From Candidatus Kaiserbacteria bacterium (lineage in GTDB: Bacteria; Patescibacteriota; Minisyncoccia; Phycocordibacterales; JABAAK01): DNA of 64,000 bases. Below the pieces are notes generated by a model. The model had not been told where the DNA came from and did no database searches. It saw only the letters and a list, made by a program, of their open reading frames with translations. The stretch spans positions 59,418 through 123,417 of the forward strand of contig JAPOOC010000007.1 of the NCBI GenBank assembly GCA_026713605.1, written 5' to 3'. Below, piece by piece: positions 1 through 10,815 of this stretch (its first letter is position 1; each line of letters starts with the position of its first letter). Position numbers and translations under genes: made by a program.

Positions 1-1
1 A

Positions 2-802
2 GGGGTGATCCGTTCGGCTTTTGTCCCTTTTTCTACAATCGGGACCGGCCCGAGCGTGCAGCGGTTTGAAGATAATATACGAGTTGCCACGAATAACAAA
101 AACCTCCTCTTCTTCATGCAGGTAATTGAAAATAAATCCGTCGGAGTGGTGGTAGATGTAGCAAACCCTTCAGAGACACGAGTGGTCTGGCGATCGGACT
201 TTACCTCGTGGATTCCGCGGTGGGGCAACAGTCCACGCATCACGCTACACACCCCGGTGACCAACCTTATGAAGGGGTTTGTATACCTCGTCGACCCAAA
301 AGGCATCCTGCCAAACGAGCAGTTTACCTCTTTGAACTCCGGCGGCTCTGCCTTTATGGACGCAACAACAGGATATTTTGCGGTTTTTGAGACAAAGGCG
401 GATAATTTTGCTGGAAAGACATACATTACTAATCGAGAACGGAGCACCATGGTTGACTTACCGATAACCCTGCCGGAAAAGTGTGACGCAGCGAATGGAA
501 TATTTATCTGCGCTGCACCGAGAGCCATTCCTGCTCGGACACTTTCCGGCTATGAAACAATGTTTCCTGATTCATGGTATCAGGGGGATATCACTTTCAG
601 TGATGTGATTGTTTCGGTAAATGCCGCAACCGGAGAGAAGCGATTACTGCTCTCGCCAGACCAAGAAGAAATCCAAATCCTTTCCGACAACGCCGTTTTT
701 GATATCATGCACCCACAACTAAGCCCAGACGGAGAGTTCCTATTCTTTGTGAACAAATATGATATGTCACTCTGGATGCTCCAAATAGAGGGCGGGGTGT
801 GA
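2..802 (+). CDS. C-terminal fragment of a PD40/TolB-like beta-propeller repeat protein (5' end outside window)
   Basis: ORF in frame from window start; repeated 'LSPDGEFLFF'/'LLSPDQEE' PD40-like motifs; GTG at position 5 is probably not the true start. Confidence 0.4.
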   Translation, partial: GVIRSAFVPFSTIGTGPSVQRFEDNIRVATNNKNLLFFMQVIENKSVGVVVDVANPSETRVVWRSDFTSWIPRWGNSPRITLHTPVTNLMKGFVYLVDPKGILPNEQFTSLNSGGSAFMDATTGYFAVFETKADNFAGKTYITNRERSTMVDLPITLPEKCDAANGIFICAAPRAIPARTLSGYETMFPDSWYQGDITFSDVIVSVNAATGEKRLLLSPDQEEIQILSDNAVFDIMHPQLSPDGEFLFFVNKYDMSLWMLQIEGGV

Positions 803-815
803 TACAATAACAACA

Positions 816-2495
816 ATGACTGTTGTCAATACGCCAATACAAGAATTTCAAAAGGATTTAAAGGAACACAAAGAAGAAGAAGAAGAGCGGTTAATGGGGT
901 ACCTCTCTGATAAGTACCACTACCCAACAATCCGCATCACGGACATACAGGTAAATCCTGACGCATTACAACTGGTAAAAGAGGTTGATGCACGAGAAGC
1001 AAAAATGGCGGCATATAAGCGCCTAAAAGGGGTGCTGACAATAGCGATAAATGAGCCGAATAATGAAAAACTCAAAGAAATACTCCGTGGAATAGAAGAA
1101 AAAGGATACTCACACGAACTAATGCTTGCATCAAACAAAACGCTGGAGCAGATATGGATGTATTATAAGGACATCGTTACCACGAGCGCGACCGCACCAG
1201 GAACACTATCCATCACGAACGAAGAATTGGAAGAAAAAGTAAAAAATATCCGTTCAGTTGATGCGGTCCGTGAAATGCTACGCGACCTAAAGAAAATGAG
1301 TCGGGCACGACGAATATCAAAAAATGTGGAGTATATTATAGCGACAGCGGTGGCGGTGAATGCATCAGACATACACATCGAACCATCGCCAGACGGCGGT
1401 GCTGTGCGGTATCGTATAGACGGCGTACTGACTGATATTGCTGATCTTGACGAGTTGGAATACAAGCAGATGGTTACACGAATGAAGCTGGTCTCCGGCA
1501 TGAAAATAACGGCAAAAGGAGCGCAGGATGGGGGATTTGTGGTACATCTCGCAAGAAGAACACTCAGTGTTCGTTCATCGGTAATACCAGAAGATGAGGG
1601 AGGGTCATTCGTGGTGCGACTACTTGACCCTAAAAATGTAATGCACAGCATTGAGAAATTGGGCATTCACCCGGTTGTGCTTGAGGTATTTATGAAACAT
1701 ATCAAGCGACCGAATGGAATGATTCTGAACACCGGACCAACTGGATCGGGAAAGACAACAACATTATATTCGTTTTTAAACGAAGTCAAAGGCGAACACA
1801 TCAAGACCGTTACGCTGGAAGATCCGATTGAGTACCGTCTTGAGGGAATAGTACAGACAGAGATTGATAAAGATTACTCTTTTGCCTCAGGGTTGCGGGC
1901 TATTCTGCGACAGGATCCAGATGTCATTTTAGTCGGTGAGATTCGTGATGCTGAGGTGGCCCAAGTAGCGGTACAGGCAGCACTAACTGGACACCTGGTA
2001 TTCTCAACATTGCACACAAACGACGCACTCGGAGCACTGCCACGACTACTACAATTTGAGGTGGATCCACAAGCGTTTTCACGGGCAATCAATATCGTTA
2101 TTGCACAACGGCTGGTGCGGCAAGTGTGTCCGAAGTGCTCAGAGCAACACCCACTAACCGACAGTCAAAAAGAGGTGATACAGCAAATGATAGAAAAATT
2201 TCCAGAGCGATACAAGGAGGATTTTGACTTCAGCGCCATCAAAAGACCAAGTGAGATGTCACAAAACTGCCAGGAGTGTAACAACGGGTATAAAGCGCGG
2301 ATCGGTGTATTTGAGGTGTTTGAGGTAAATGATGCTATAGAGCAGACCATACGGGAAGAAAGCGGAGTTGCCACACTGCGCGAGGAAGTGCGGAAACAGG
2401 GGTTGCCATGTATGGAAGATGACGCACTCTGGAAAGCGCTGAAGGGCATCACTTCTTTAGAAGAAATTGAGAGAGTTATCGGGGTGGTAGTGTGA
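816..2495 (+). CDS. pilB: Type II/IV secretion-family ATPase (GspE/PilB-like)
   Basis: Walker A GPTGSGKTTT, Asp/His boxes, tetracysteine CPKC...CQEC motif typical of PilB/GspE (not PilT/VirB11); 559 aa. Confidence 0.85.
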   Translation: MTVVNTPIQEFQKDLKEHKEEEEERLMGYLSDKYHYPTIRITDIQVNPDALQLVKEVDAREAKMAAYKRLKGVLTIAINEPNNEKLKEILRGIEEKGYSHELMLASNKTLEQIWMYYKDIVTTSATAPGTLSITNEELEEKVKNIRSVDAVREMLRDLKKMSRARRISKNVEYIIATAVAVNASDIHIEPSPDGGAVRYRIDGVLTDIADLDELEYKQMVTRMKLVSGMKITAKGAQDGGFVVHLARRTLSVRSSVIPEDEGGSFVVRLLDPKNVMHSIEKLGIHPVVLEVFMKHIKRPNGMILNTGPTGSGKTTTLYSFLNEVKGEHIKTVTLEDPIEYRLEGIVQTEIDKDYSFASGLRAILRQDPDVILVGEIRDAEVAQVAVQAALTGHLVFSTLHTNDALGALPRLLQFEVDPQAFSRAINIVIAQRLVRQVCPKCSEQHPLTDSQKEVIQQMIEKFPERYKEDFDFSAIKRPSEMSQNCQECNNGYKARIGVFEVFEVNDAIEQTIREESGVATLREEVRKQGLPCMEDDALWKALKGITSLEEIERVIGVVV

Positions 2496-2508
2496 GTAGT
2501 ATACGCGT

Positions 2509-3495
2509 ATGAACGACATTATTCCAGAAAACAAGCAGGCATTAAATCACTCACTAGACAGTTTGTTGCGTCCAAAAGTGTGGGATGAGTATATCGGGCA
2601 AGAGATGATAAAGAAGAACCTAAATATCCTCATAGCAGCAGCAAAAGAACGCGGACAAATGCCGGAACATATCCTGTTATACGGCCCAGCGGGACTCGGT
2701 AAGACAACATTGGCATATATCATCGGATCAGTATTAGAGGTGCCAGTACACACAACATCAGGACCAATGATAGAGCGAGCGGGAGATATTGTGTCACTTG
2801 CCTCAGCGATGGAAAATGGCGGAGTATTATTTATAGACGAGATACACCGTCTCAGTAAAAACATAGAAGAGGTACTATACCCCATTATGGAAAGTGGCAG
2901 TATTTCCATTATCGTCGGCAAGGGACCAACAGCTCGTTCAGTCGAGATCAACCTTCCACCAATTGTGATCATTGCAGCAACAACACAGGTGGGGAGGTTA
3001 TCAACGCCACTACGAACACGGTTTTCTGGAGGAGTAATGCGACTGATTCCATATACCGAGGATGAAATCGCACAAATTGCTATGCGGTCAGCGACAGTAT
3101 TAGATATTGACTTGCCGGAAGAGGCGGCAACCATCGTCGCGCAACGCGCTCGGAACACACCGCGGGTTGCCAATTACCTCCTCAAACGAGTGCGGGATTA
3201 CGCACAGATACACGGCACCGCTATTACCTCCGAACTTGTCCAAAAGGCCCTCTCTGAACGCGATATAGATGAACATGGACTCACCGCCGAAGATAGAGCG
3301 GTACTGAAAACCATCCGAGAAGCATTCAACGGAGGCCCTGTTGGCATCCAAGCCCTCGCTACCACACTCTCCGAAGACACTCGCACGGTAGAAGAGGTAT
3401 ACGAACCCTTTCTAGTACAAGCAGGATTCATAGAACGAACCCCTCGTGGCCGAAGCATTACCGAAAAAGGTATGCAGTATTTACAGTCACTGTAA
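2509..3495 (+). CDS. ruvB: Holliday junction branch migration helicase RuvB
   Basis: LLYGPAGLGKTTLA Walker A, FIDEIHRL, RuvB-like C-terminal winged helix; 328 aa. Confidence 0.9.
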   Translation: MNDIIPENKQALNHSLDSLLRPKVWDEYIGQEMIKKNLNILIAAAKERGQMPEHILLYGPAGLGKTTLAYIIGSVLEVPVHTTSGPMIERAGDIVSLASAMENGGVLFIDEIHRLSKNIEEVLYPIMESGSISIIVGKGPTARSVEINLPPIVIIAATTQVGRLSTPLRTRFSGGVMRLIPYTEDEIAQIAMRSATVLDIDLPEEAATIVAQRARNTPRVANYLLKRVRDYAQIHGTAITSELVQKALSERDIDEHGLTAEDRAVLKTIREAFNGGPVGIQALATTLSEDTRTVEEVYEPFLVQAGFIERTPRGRSITEKGMQYLQSL

Positions 3496-3541
3496 CAAGG
3501 GATTTTCATCAGCACCAGGCAGGTGGTATACTTTATACACT

Positions 3542-4072
3542 ATGGCTGGGCATAATAAGTGGTCAAAAATTAAACATAAGAAAGCGGGGACTGATGCGCA
3601 AAAAAGTAAGGTATTTGGACGATTAGCAAAAGTGTTGACGGTGGAGTCAAAGAATTGTGGCGGGGATCGAGGCAGTCCAGCACTGAAATCGGCCATTGAA
3701 CAGGCAAAAGCGGCAAATATGCCAGCACAGAACATCAATCGAGCAATTGAACGGGGGGTGGGAGGTAACGCAGAATCGCTGGAAACAATTACCTATGAAA
3801 TGTATGGTCCGGGTGGCTGCGCCCTGCTTATCAACGCACTGACTGATAATAAAAATCGAACGGCAGCAGAAATTCGGCATATTATTACCAAAAACGGGTA
3901 CACAGTTGGAACGCCAGGGTCAGCGGCATGGATATTCACAAAGCAGGAGGGACGCATTGTGCCGAGTACAACGGTATCGCTGTCAGAAGCGGATGCAAAA
4001 AAACTGGATGCGCTTGTGGCTGAGCTTGATGAACAAGAAGATACGCAAGAAATACTAACGAATAAAGTATAG
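3542..4072 (+). CDS. yebC: YebC/PmpR-family transcriptional regulator (short form)
   Basis: N-terminus MAGHNKWSKIKHKK matches YebC family; ORF track start 3446 trimmed to the internal Met that removes overlap with ruvB. Confidence 0.7.
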   Translation: MAGHNKWSKIKHKKAGTDAQKSKVFGRLAKVLTVESKNCGGDRGSPALKSAIEQAKAANMPAQNINRAIERGVGGNAESLETITYEMYGPGGCALLINALTDNKNRTAAEIRHIITKNGYTVGTPGSAAWIFTKQEGRIVPSTTVSLSEADAKKLDALVAELDEQEDTQEILTNKV

Positions 4073-4073
4073 T

Positions 4074-4562
4074 ATGAAAGTGCTTGCCATAGACCCGGGA
4101 TACGGACGCATAGGATTCGCCGTATTACTAAAAGAAGGCGGAAAAACCAACTTACTGTTTTCAGAATGCTTTGAGACCGAGAAGGAGACGGTATTTGAAG
4201 AACGGCTGAAAAAAATCGGTGACCGAATTCGAGATATTGCACAGGCACACCAGCCGGACTGCGCGGCGATAGAACGGTTGTTTTTCTCAAAAAATAAAAA
4301 GACCGCTCTGCAGACAGCAGAAGTGCGCGGGGTGTGTATATACACCACGAAAGAGTACAACTTGACCATAGCCGAGTACACGCCAAATCAGGTAAAGAAC
4401 GCAATTACCGGAAATAGTAATGCCACTAAAAGCGATGTCATTCGCATGGTGCCACGACTCATAACGCTGGATAGCAGAAAGCGGCACGACGACGAGTACG
4501 ATGCCATTGCCATCGGCATTACCCACCTCGTATCCGTGCCATACCTCGCTCAGCAGCAATAA
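4074..4562 (+). CDS. ruvC: Crossover junction endodeoxyribonuclease RuvC
   Basis: MKVLAIDPGYGRIGFAV N-terminus with catalytic Asp; 162 aa; conserved yebC-ruvC order. Confidence 0.85.
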   Translation: MKVLAIDPGYGRIGFAVLLKEGGKTNLLFSECFETEKETVFEERLKKIGDRIRDIAQAHQPDCAAIERLFFSKNKKTALQTAEVRGVCIYTTKEYNLTIAEYTPNQVKNAITGNSNATKSDVIRMVPRLITLDSRKRHDDEYDAIAIGITHLVSVPYLAQQQ

Positions 4563-4574
4563 ATAGAGTATCCT

Positions 4575-6914
4575 ATGAGTATCGTGAGAAAATTTCTTAC
4601 CGTGAAAAACAGCATACTTCTATCGCTTTCAGTCGCATTTTTTACCGCGGGATATGTAACCCTTTTCTACACTTTCACACCGCTCCCCGGCGTGGACATA
4701 CGCAATGTCGTGTCTAAGCAGTCCGTCATACTTACAGATCGCAATGATGAGTTTCTGTTTGATTTTTCCATAAACGAAAAAAGAACCTTTGTGCCGTACC
4801 AGGAAATATCAAAAAATATCATCAATGCGACCATCGCAATAGAAGACCATCTATTTTTTGAGCATAATGGTATTCGAGCTGACGCATTTTTACGCGCACT
4901 CATCAACAACATTCGCACCCTATCATTCAGTCAGGGTGGATCAACGATTACGCAGCAGGTCATTAAAAATGTGTTTCTCACGACAGAGAAAAAGATAGAA
5001 CGAAAAATGAAAGAGTTTCTCTTGGCAATTAAACTGGAGAAACAATTAGGTAAAGAGGAGATACTGGAAATGTACCTAAACACCATATCGTATGGTGGCG
5101 TGTCATACGGCGTGGCAGAAGCAAGCAAGTCGTTTTATGGAAAAGCACCGGATGAGCTGACAATCGCAGAGTCGGCATACCTCGCAGCAATCCCAAAGGC
5201 ACCGACATACTACTCACCGTACGGGAGGAATAGAAAAGCACTTGAAGCAAGAAAAAATCAGGTGCTACAACTAATGCTGGAACACAACCTCATAACAAGA
5301 GGCGAGTACCGTGAAGCGCGCGCAGAAGAGGTGTACTTTCAGAGCCAGAACGCATTCTCTATCCGAGCACCACACTTTGTCTTTTTCGTGAAAGAGCAGT
5401 TAGAAAAAGAACATGGGGCAGGACTGAAAAATCTTGAGGGGAAACAAGTTAAAACAACCATCGATATTGCTATGCAGGAGGAAATTGAGAAAATGATGCA
5501 GGAATTTGTAAAGACCGACCTAGAAAAGCAGTTTGCCGTCAGCAACATTGCATCTGTTGTGCTGTCGGCAAAAACAGGTGAGATTCTCTCGATGGTCGGA
5601 TCAAGGGATTTCTTTGATAATGCGGTGAATGGACGCGTAAACATCATCACCTCACTCCGGCAGCCGGGCTCAACCTTTAAACCAATAGCGTATGCAAAAG
5701 CAATTGAAAAAGGACTTACACCACAAACCATAGTGTACGATGTGCCGACGCAGTTTACCGCATTTTGTGACAAAGACCGATTTGAGAGTACGAAGAGTGG
5801 TTGCTACGCACCGGTCAACTACACAGGAAAGTTTGTGGGACCAGTATCACTGCGTGATGCACTCGCACAATCTATTAATGTGCCAGCGGTGAAGGTACTC
5901 TATATAGCAAATGTGGCAGAGGTCATTCAGCAGGCAAAAAAAATGGGCATCACCTCACTAACACAGGGGCAGAATCATTACGGACTAAGCTTAGTGCTCG
6001 GTGGTGCTGAAGTTACACCACTAGAGATAGCGCAAGCATACGGTGTATTTGCAAATGAGGGTATGCTTGCGCCATATGTGTGGCGATACGGAGAACAAAA
6101 GCAGGAAAAACGGGTGTTGGGGCGACAAACGGCACAAGACATCACTGACATGCTTTTTGATGACGATGCTCGAGCGCCAGTGTTCGGCAGAGGTTCGGCA
6201 CTACACATCACAAACCCGCCAGTTGCGGTGAAAACTGGCACCACAAATAACGCACGAGATATCTGGGTGATAGGGTATTCCCCAGACATAGTTGTATTGG
6301 TGTGGGCAGGGAACTCAGACAATACACCACTGGAAGATAACGCAGCTGGATTCTACCTTGCACCACTAATGAAAAACATCATCACGACAGTAGCAAAACA
6401 ATATGGCGAGCAGGGAACATACTTTACTCGGAACACGGTTCCCCCTAACCATGGTCCAGAAATATTATTCGGTGCGATAGACACTGACAACCCGCACACG
6501 ATACTCCACTATATCCAACGAAATAAACCAACGCGGCGTGCCGAAAATCCACTTGAAGAACCACAGTATGAACATTGGGAGTATGGCGTGCAGGACTGGC
6601 TTGAGCAGAACGATTTGCAAGAGGGTTATGATGGTCGCAGAAACAGCGCTGTAAAAAACTTTTCTGTCAAATCACCACGGTCAACGATATACCTAAACGA
6701 GATAACCACCATTGAGGTAACAAAAATACCGACACAAAATGTACAATACGAGTTCTATGTAAATGGCACGCTCATTGGGTCATCACGCTTGCCAATGTTA
6801 AGCTTTAATCCGGAAAAATTGCTAGACAAGAATGAGCGAGAAGCAGCTATTCGTGTTATTGCAAATACTGAAGAGGGGGTATATGTAGCCGAGGAGGTGT
6901 ATGAAATTGAGTAA
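4575..6914 (+). CDS. mrcA: Class A penicillin-binding protein (bifunctional GT51 transglycosylase / transpeptidase, PBP1A-like)
   Basis: N-terminal TM; GT51 motifs (IAIEDHLFFEHNG, RGGSTITQQ); transpeptidase SxxK (STFK), SxN, KTGT motifs; 779 aa. Confidence 0.85.
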   Translation: MSIVRKFLTVKNSILLSLSVAFFTAGYVTLFYTFTPLPGVDIRNVVSKQSVILTDRNDEFLFDFSINEKRTFVPYQEISKNIINATIAIEDHLFFEHNGIRADAFLRALINNIRTLSFSQGGSTITQQVIKNVFLTTEKKIERKMKEFLLAIKLEKQLGKEEILEMYLNTISYGGVSYGVAEASKSFYGKAPDELTIAESAYLAAIPKAPTYYSPYGRNRKALEARKNQVLQLMLEHNLITRGEYREARAEEVYFQSQNAFSIRAPHFVFFVKEQLEKEHGAGLKNLEGKQVKTTIDIAMQEEIEKMMQEFVKTDLEKQFAVSNIASVVLSAKTGEILSMVGSRDFFDNAVNGRVNIITSLRQPGSTFKPIAYAKAIEKGLTPQTIVYDVPTQFTAFCDKDRFESTKSGCYAPVNYTGKFVGPVSLRDALAQSINVPAVKVLYIANVAEVIQQAKKMGITSLTQGQNHYGLSLVLGGAEVTPLEIAQAYGVFANEGMLAPYVWRYGEQKQEKRVLGRQTAQDITDMLFDDDARAPVFGRGSALHITNPPVAVKTGTTNNARDIWVIGYSPDIVVLVWAGNSDNTPLEDNAAGFYLAPLMKNIITTVAKQYGEQGTYFTRNTVPPNHGPEILFGAIDTDNPHTILHYIQRNKPTRRAENPLEEPQYEHWEYGVQDWLEQNDLQEGYDGRRNSAVKNFSVKSPRSTIYLNEITTIEVTKIPTQNVQYEFYVNGTLIGSSRLPMLSFNPEKLLDKNEREAAIRVIANTEEGVYVAEEVYEIE

Positions 6915-7008
6915 CAGGAAAACCTACCAATCCGGTAATGAACACGGTAAAAAATGGACTTTTAAGCGGTGGGGATAATAAGACAGCACAAAGTTTTTTC
7001 GTGGTACA

Positions 7009-7614
7009 GTGCTACCAATGAGGACAGTACGCAAAAACCTGCTCACCTGCCTGGGTGTCGGCATCATTGCTATTGCAATCAGCGGTAGCTTGCTAACAGG
7101 AAGGGCGCAAGGTCAGAGCGGTGTGCAATGTGAATCATGGTTACAATCGTTACTAACCAGTCAAAACGGCATTCAATATATTTTAAGTAAAATCAGCAGT
7201 GTTGTTGCCGGAAAGAGTTATACCCAAACGGCAACACCACCAGAACAACAGGCACAAACACCAATAGAACCCGGTTTACAGGCAGTAAGTATCGGCACCA
7301 AAGTAACAGAAAAAAACAATGCCTATCATAAATTCGCATGGGTGTTAAGGGTAAAGAGCAACGCAGACAGCGGAAGATCATTCACAGCAAAAATACGGTG
7401 GATAGACGCTGACGGCTTTGTCATAGACGATGACATCGCATACAATCTGGTCATTGACGCTGGTGAGGAGAAGCAATTTACTGGGTATGCATTAGTTGAT
7501 GTTGCGGGGGCAGAAACTATCACATCGGTAAGCGCAGAAATTCCAAGGCGGTATGTAACCGCCATTGAAACAGTGCAGACCATCCAACCCATTACGGCAC
7601 AAGTTTCAAAATAG
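7009..7614 (+). CDS. Hypothetical membrane-anchored/secreted protein
   Basis: N-terminal hydrophobic segment then soluble domain; no recognised family. Confidence 0.45.
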   Translation: MLPMRTVRKNLLTCLGVGIIAIAISGSLLTGRAQGQSGVQCESWLQSLLTSQNGIQYILSKISSVVAGKSYTQTATPPEQQAQTPIEPGLQAVSIGTKVTEKNNAYHKFAWVLRVKSNADSGRSFTAKIRWIDADGFVIDDDIAYNLVIDAGEEKQFTGYALVDVAGAETITSVSAEIPRRYVTAIETVQTIQPITAQVSK

Positions 7615-7901
7615 CATCCGCTATGCAAAAAATACAGCGTTACCGTACATAGGTGTAGAGATCGGTCATACAGAGGGTCGGAACACCACCGTACCGAAGC
7701 CGAGAATCTAATAGATACAATGTTACACGCTAAGTACTCATTTTCAAGCAGGAAAGGGTTGAAAAAAGGTCGCTTTGTTGTTATACTTAATCATATGCGG
7801 TTGTGCAGGAAAACTTGGGCAGAATGCAATAATAGTGGGGGCAGTAGATACGATTTTAATAAGAAAATATTAGCAATATAAAATATAAGAGTTTTTAATC
7901 T

Positions 7902-9821
7902 ATGAGTAAAATAATAGGGATTGACCTCGGGACGACTAACTCAGCAGTAGCGGTAATGGAGTCAGCGGGTCCTGAAATTTTAGAAAACGCCGAAGGAGCA
8001 AGAACGACTCCTTCTGTTGTGGCTATCGCAAAAACAAAAGAGCGACTGGTGGGTGTTGCGGCGCGACGGCAGGCGGTAACAAATCCGACAAACACGGTAT
8101 ACGGCATCAAACGATTTGTCGGGCACGCATGTAATGATGCGGCGGTACAGGAAGATGTGAAGAACGCACCGTTTTCTGTAAAACAGGCAGCCAATGGCGG
8201 CGTGGCGGTGGTATTAGATGACAAGGAATACAGCCCAGAAGAGGTATCAGCTATGGTGCTGCGAAAACTGAAAGAAGATGCTGAGGCACGACTTGGTGGA
8301 AGCGTGACAGAAGCGGTCATTACGGTGCCGGCGTACTTCAATGACGCACAACGAAAGGCAACAAAAGATGCAGGGAAAATTGCAGGTCTTGAGGTAAAAA
8401 GGATCATCAATGAGCCGACTGCCGCAGCGCTTGCGTATGGGTTTGATAAAAAGAAGAATGAAAAAATCGCCGTATTTGACTTCGGTGGCGGTACTTTTGA
8501 TGTATCCATCCTGCAAGTTGGAGATGATGTGGTTGAGGTAAAATCAACAGGTGGAGATTCGCACCTCGGCGGACGGGACATTGATCGTGAGGTATTGAAC
8601 TATGTAATTGCAGAGTATAAGAAAGAGAGCGGAGTTGATTTGTCAGGGGATTCATTGGCGGTACAGCGACTTGATGAAGAGGTTGAGCGGGCAAAAAAAG
8701 AGTTGTCGCAGTCACAGGAGACAGAAATCAATATACCATTCATTACCTCCACTTCAGCAGGACCACAACACCTACTAATTAAACTGACACGGGCAAAGTT
8801 GGAAGAGTTGGCAAAAAAGTATGTAGACAAAGCATTAGAAATCACACGAGGTGTATTGACTGACGCATCCGCCGCGGTGTCTGATATTAATGAAGTCATT
8901 TTGGTCGGCGGGCAAACAAGAATGCCGGCAGTGATCAAGGCCGTCGAGGACTTATTCGGAAAACAGCCAAACCGATCCATCAACCCAGACGAAGTGGTGG
9001 CGCTGGGGGCGGCTATTCAGGGGGGCATTCTGAGTGGTGATGTGCGGGATGTGTTACTGCTGGATGTAACACCGTTATCACTTGGTATTGAAACACTCGG
9101 CGGTGTTGCAACAAAGGTGATTGAGAAGAACACCACACTACCAACGAGTGCATCGCAGGTATTTTCAACAGCGGCTGACAATCAAACCTCAGTCGAGATA
9201 CACATTGTACAAGGAGAACGATCTATGGCAACAGATAATAAAAGTTTAGGAAGGTTTATTCTGGACGGGATTGATACTGCGCCACGCGGCATGCCACAAA
9301 TTGAAGTTGAATTTGACTTAGATACAGACGGTATTTTGAAGGTAACCGCAAAAGACAAAAAAACAAACAAGACACAGTCCATACGAATAGAAGCACAGTC
9401 AGGGTTGTCAGACGAAGATATAGAGCGAATGAAACAAGATGCCGAGGCACACGCCGATGAGGATGTAAAGAAAAAAGAGCTGATTGAAGTGCGGAACATT
9501 GCGGAACAGGCGGTGTATGAAGGGGAAAAAATCGCAAAACAGGACAATCTGTCCGCTGATGCAAAGAAAGAGGTTGAGGACGCGTTAACAAAACTACGCA
9601 CCGAAAAAGAGAAGGATGACAAAGAGGCAATACAGCAGGCGGTAACAGAAGCATCAGGCATATTTGCAAAACATCGACAGGAAGCCGGCGGAGAACAGGA
9701 AGACAGTACTCCCAGTACTACTGACTCAGATGCCCCGAGTGCCACCACATCTGATAATGGCGACAGCGCCAGCAATGATGAAAAACCCAACGACGAAGCA
9801 GAAGAGCAAAAAGAGGGATAG
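7902..9821 (+). CDS. dnaK: Molecular chaperone DnaK (Hsp70)
   Basis: [18 protein letters not shown], canonical Hsp70 throughout; acidic C-terminal tail; 639 aa. Confidence 0.95.
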   Translation: MSKIIGIDLGTTNSAVAVMESAGPEILENAEGARTTPSVVAIAKTKERLVGVAARRQAVTNPTNTVYGIKRFVGHACNDAAVQEDVKNAPFSVKQAANGGVAVVLDDKEYSPEEVSAMVLRKLKEDAEARLGGSVTEAVITVPAYFNDAQRKATKDAGKIAGLEVKRIINEPTAAALAYGFDKKKNEKIAVFDFGGGTFDVSILQVGDDVVEVKSTGGDSHLGGRDIDREVLNYVIAEYKKESGVDLSGDSLAVQRLDEEVERAKKELSQSQETEINIPFITSTSAGPQHLLIKLTRAKLEELAKKYVDKALEITRGVLTDASAAVSDINEVILVGGQTRMPAVIKAVEDLFGKQPNRSINPDEVVALGAAIQGGILSGDVRDVLLLDVTPLSLGIETLGGVATKVIEKNTTLPTSASQVFSTAADNQTSVEIHIVQGERSMATDNKSLGRFILDGIDTAPRGMPQIEVEFDLDTDGILKVTAKDKKTNKTQSIRIEAQSGLSDEDIERMKQDAEAHADEDVKKKELIEVRNIAEQAVYEGEKIAKQDNLSADAKKEVEDALTKLRTEKEKDDKEAIQQAVTEASGIFAKHRQEAGGEQEDSTPSTTDSDAPSATTSDNGDSASNDEKPNDEAEEQKEG

Positions 9822-9838
9822 TCCTCTATACTATATAT

Positions 9839-10705
9839 ATGAAAGATTACTACAAGATGCTCGGCGTTGAAAGAGGTGCATCCCAGGAAGATATTCAAAA
9901 GGCGTTCCGAAAACTGGCACACCAGTATCACCCTGACAAAAAAAGGGGAGACATAAACAAATTTAAAGAGGTGAATGAGGCGTATCAAGTATTGAGCAAT
10001 CAACAGAAGCGAGCGCAGTATGATGCAGGGGTTGACCCGCGAAGCGGGGGAACGGGCGGTTTTGACACCTCCGGTTTCCGTGGCTTTGAAGGATTTGATT
10101 TTGGAAATATGGAGTTTAATTTTGGCGGTGCTTCCGGTGGCTTTGCAGACGCTATTAATCAAATGTTCCGCGGTGCCATGAATCGAGGGGCGGATGTACA
10201 AATTGATATAACTATTTCATTTGAGGAGTCCGTATTCGGAACGGCAAAGAACATCACCATACCATACCGAAGAAAAGCGTCGGAGACGGTTGAGATACAG
10301 GTGCCGGCAGGGATAGAGCCAGGGTCACGGCTACAATATCCAGGGCGGGGAGAGCCATCAAAAGATGGACAGTCATCCCCGGGTGATTTATTCATACAGA
10401 TACGAGTGCAAAAGCATCCAACTTTCGAGCGTCGTGGTGGCGATATCGTCTGCCCACTTTCACTCACTCCGAGCGAAGCATTGCTCGGGGCAACCAAAGA
10501 AATACAGGACATCCGCGGCAACACCCTCGCGGTGACTGTTCCTGAAATGAGTAAAGAGGGTACCCATATTATTTTCCAAGGCCGAGGTATCCCTCGCCCT
10601 GCTGGCAATGACCGCCTCATAATATTCTGCCACATTGTCTACCCAAAAAAATTGAGTAAAAAGGCAAAAGAGATGCTCAAGGAGCTACAAAAAGAGGGAT
10701 TTTAG
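9839..10705 (+). CDS. dnaJ: J-domain co-chaperone (DnaJ/CbpA-like, no Zn-finger domain)
   Basis: J domain with HPD motif (YHPDKK), G/F-rich linker, C-terminal substrate-binding domains; CxxCxGxG repeats absent; 288 aa. Confidence 0.8.
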   Translation: MKDYYKMLGVERGASQEDIQKAFRKLAHQYHPDKKRGDINKFKEVNEAYQVLSNQQKRAQYDAGVDPRSGGTGGFDTSGFRGFEGFDFGNMEFNFGGASGGFADAINQMFRGAMNRGADVQIDITISFEESVFGTAKNITIPYRRKASETVEIQVPAGIEPGSRLQYPGRGEPSKDGQSSPGDLFIQIRVQKHPTFERRGGDIVCPLSLTPSEALLGATKEIQDIRGNTLAVTVPEMSKEGTHIIFQGRGIPRPAGNDRLIIFCHIVYPKKLSKKAKEMLKELQKEGF

Positions 10706-10794
10706 CATAAAGTGCCATGCACAAACAAAGTAAAGCGCTACAAAATTTTTTCCTCCGCAACACGCCAGTATTGCGGCTGTGTCAGAGAGTTGAG

Positions 10795-10800
10795 AGTGGC
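10795..10800 (+). promoter_or_regulatory. Candidate -10 element (TATAAT) upstream of pilin gene
   Basis: Perfect TATAAT 15 nt upstream of the ATG; -35 unclear; possibly short-leader transcript. Confidence 0.3.
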
Positions 10801-10815
10801 GTATAATGAGGGTGT

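Noticed and set aside
1163-1666. Antisense/alternate-frame ORFs of 60-340 aa embedded in long, well-supported genes (e.g. 1163..1666, 2547..3173, 7895..8581, 9182..10201, 34230..34733, 50710..51429, 51757..52407)
   Set aside because: They lie entirely inside genes with strong family signatures on the other strand or frame, have no RBS or family resemblance, and are typical six-frame artefacts.
3446-3541. Long N-terminal extensions for yebC (3446), ybeY (25643), rpmG (56256), rsmI (56461), rbfA (46797) and the amidase (38319) as given in the ORF track
   Set aside because: The extensions overlap upstream genes or lack similarity. Internal Met codons coincide with conserved family N-termini (MAGHNKW, MSQDNLI, MAGTVYVVGTP) or a lipoprotein signal peptide.
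7615-7901. CIRCE (HrcA operator) upstream of dnaK
   Set aside because: TTAGCAATATAAAATATAAGAGTTTTTAA superficially resembles the start of CIRCE but lacks the inverted GAGTGCTAA half, so it is not a credible operator.
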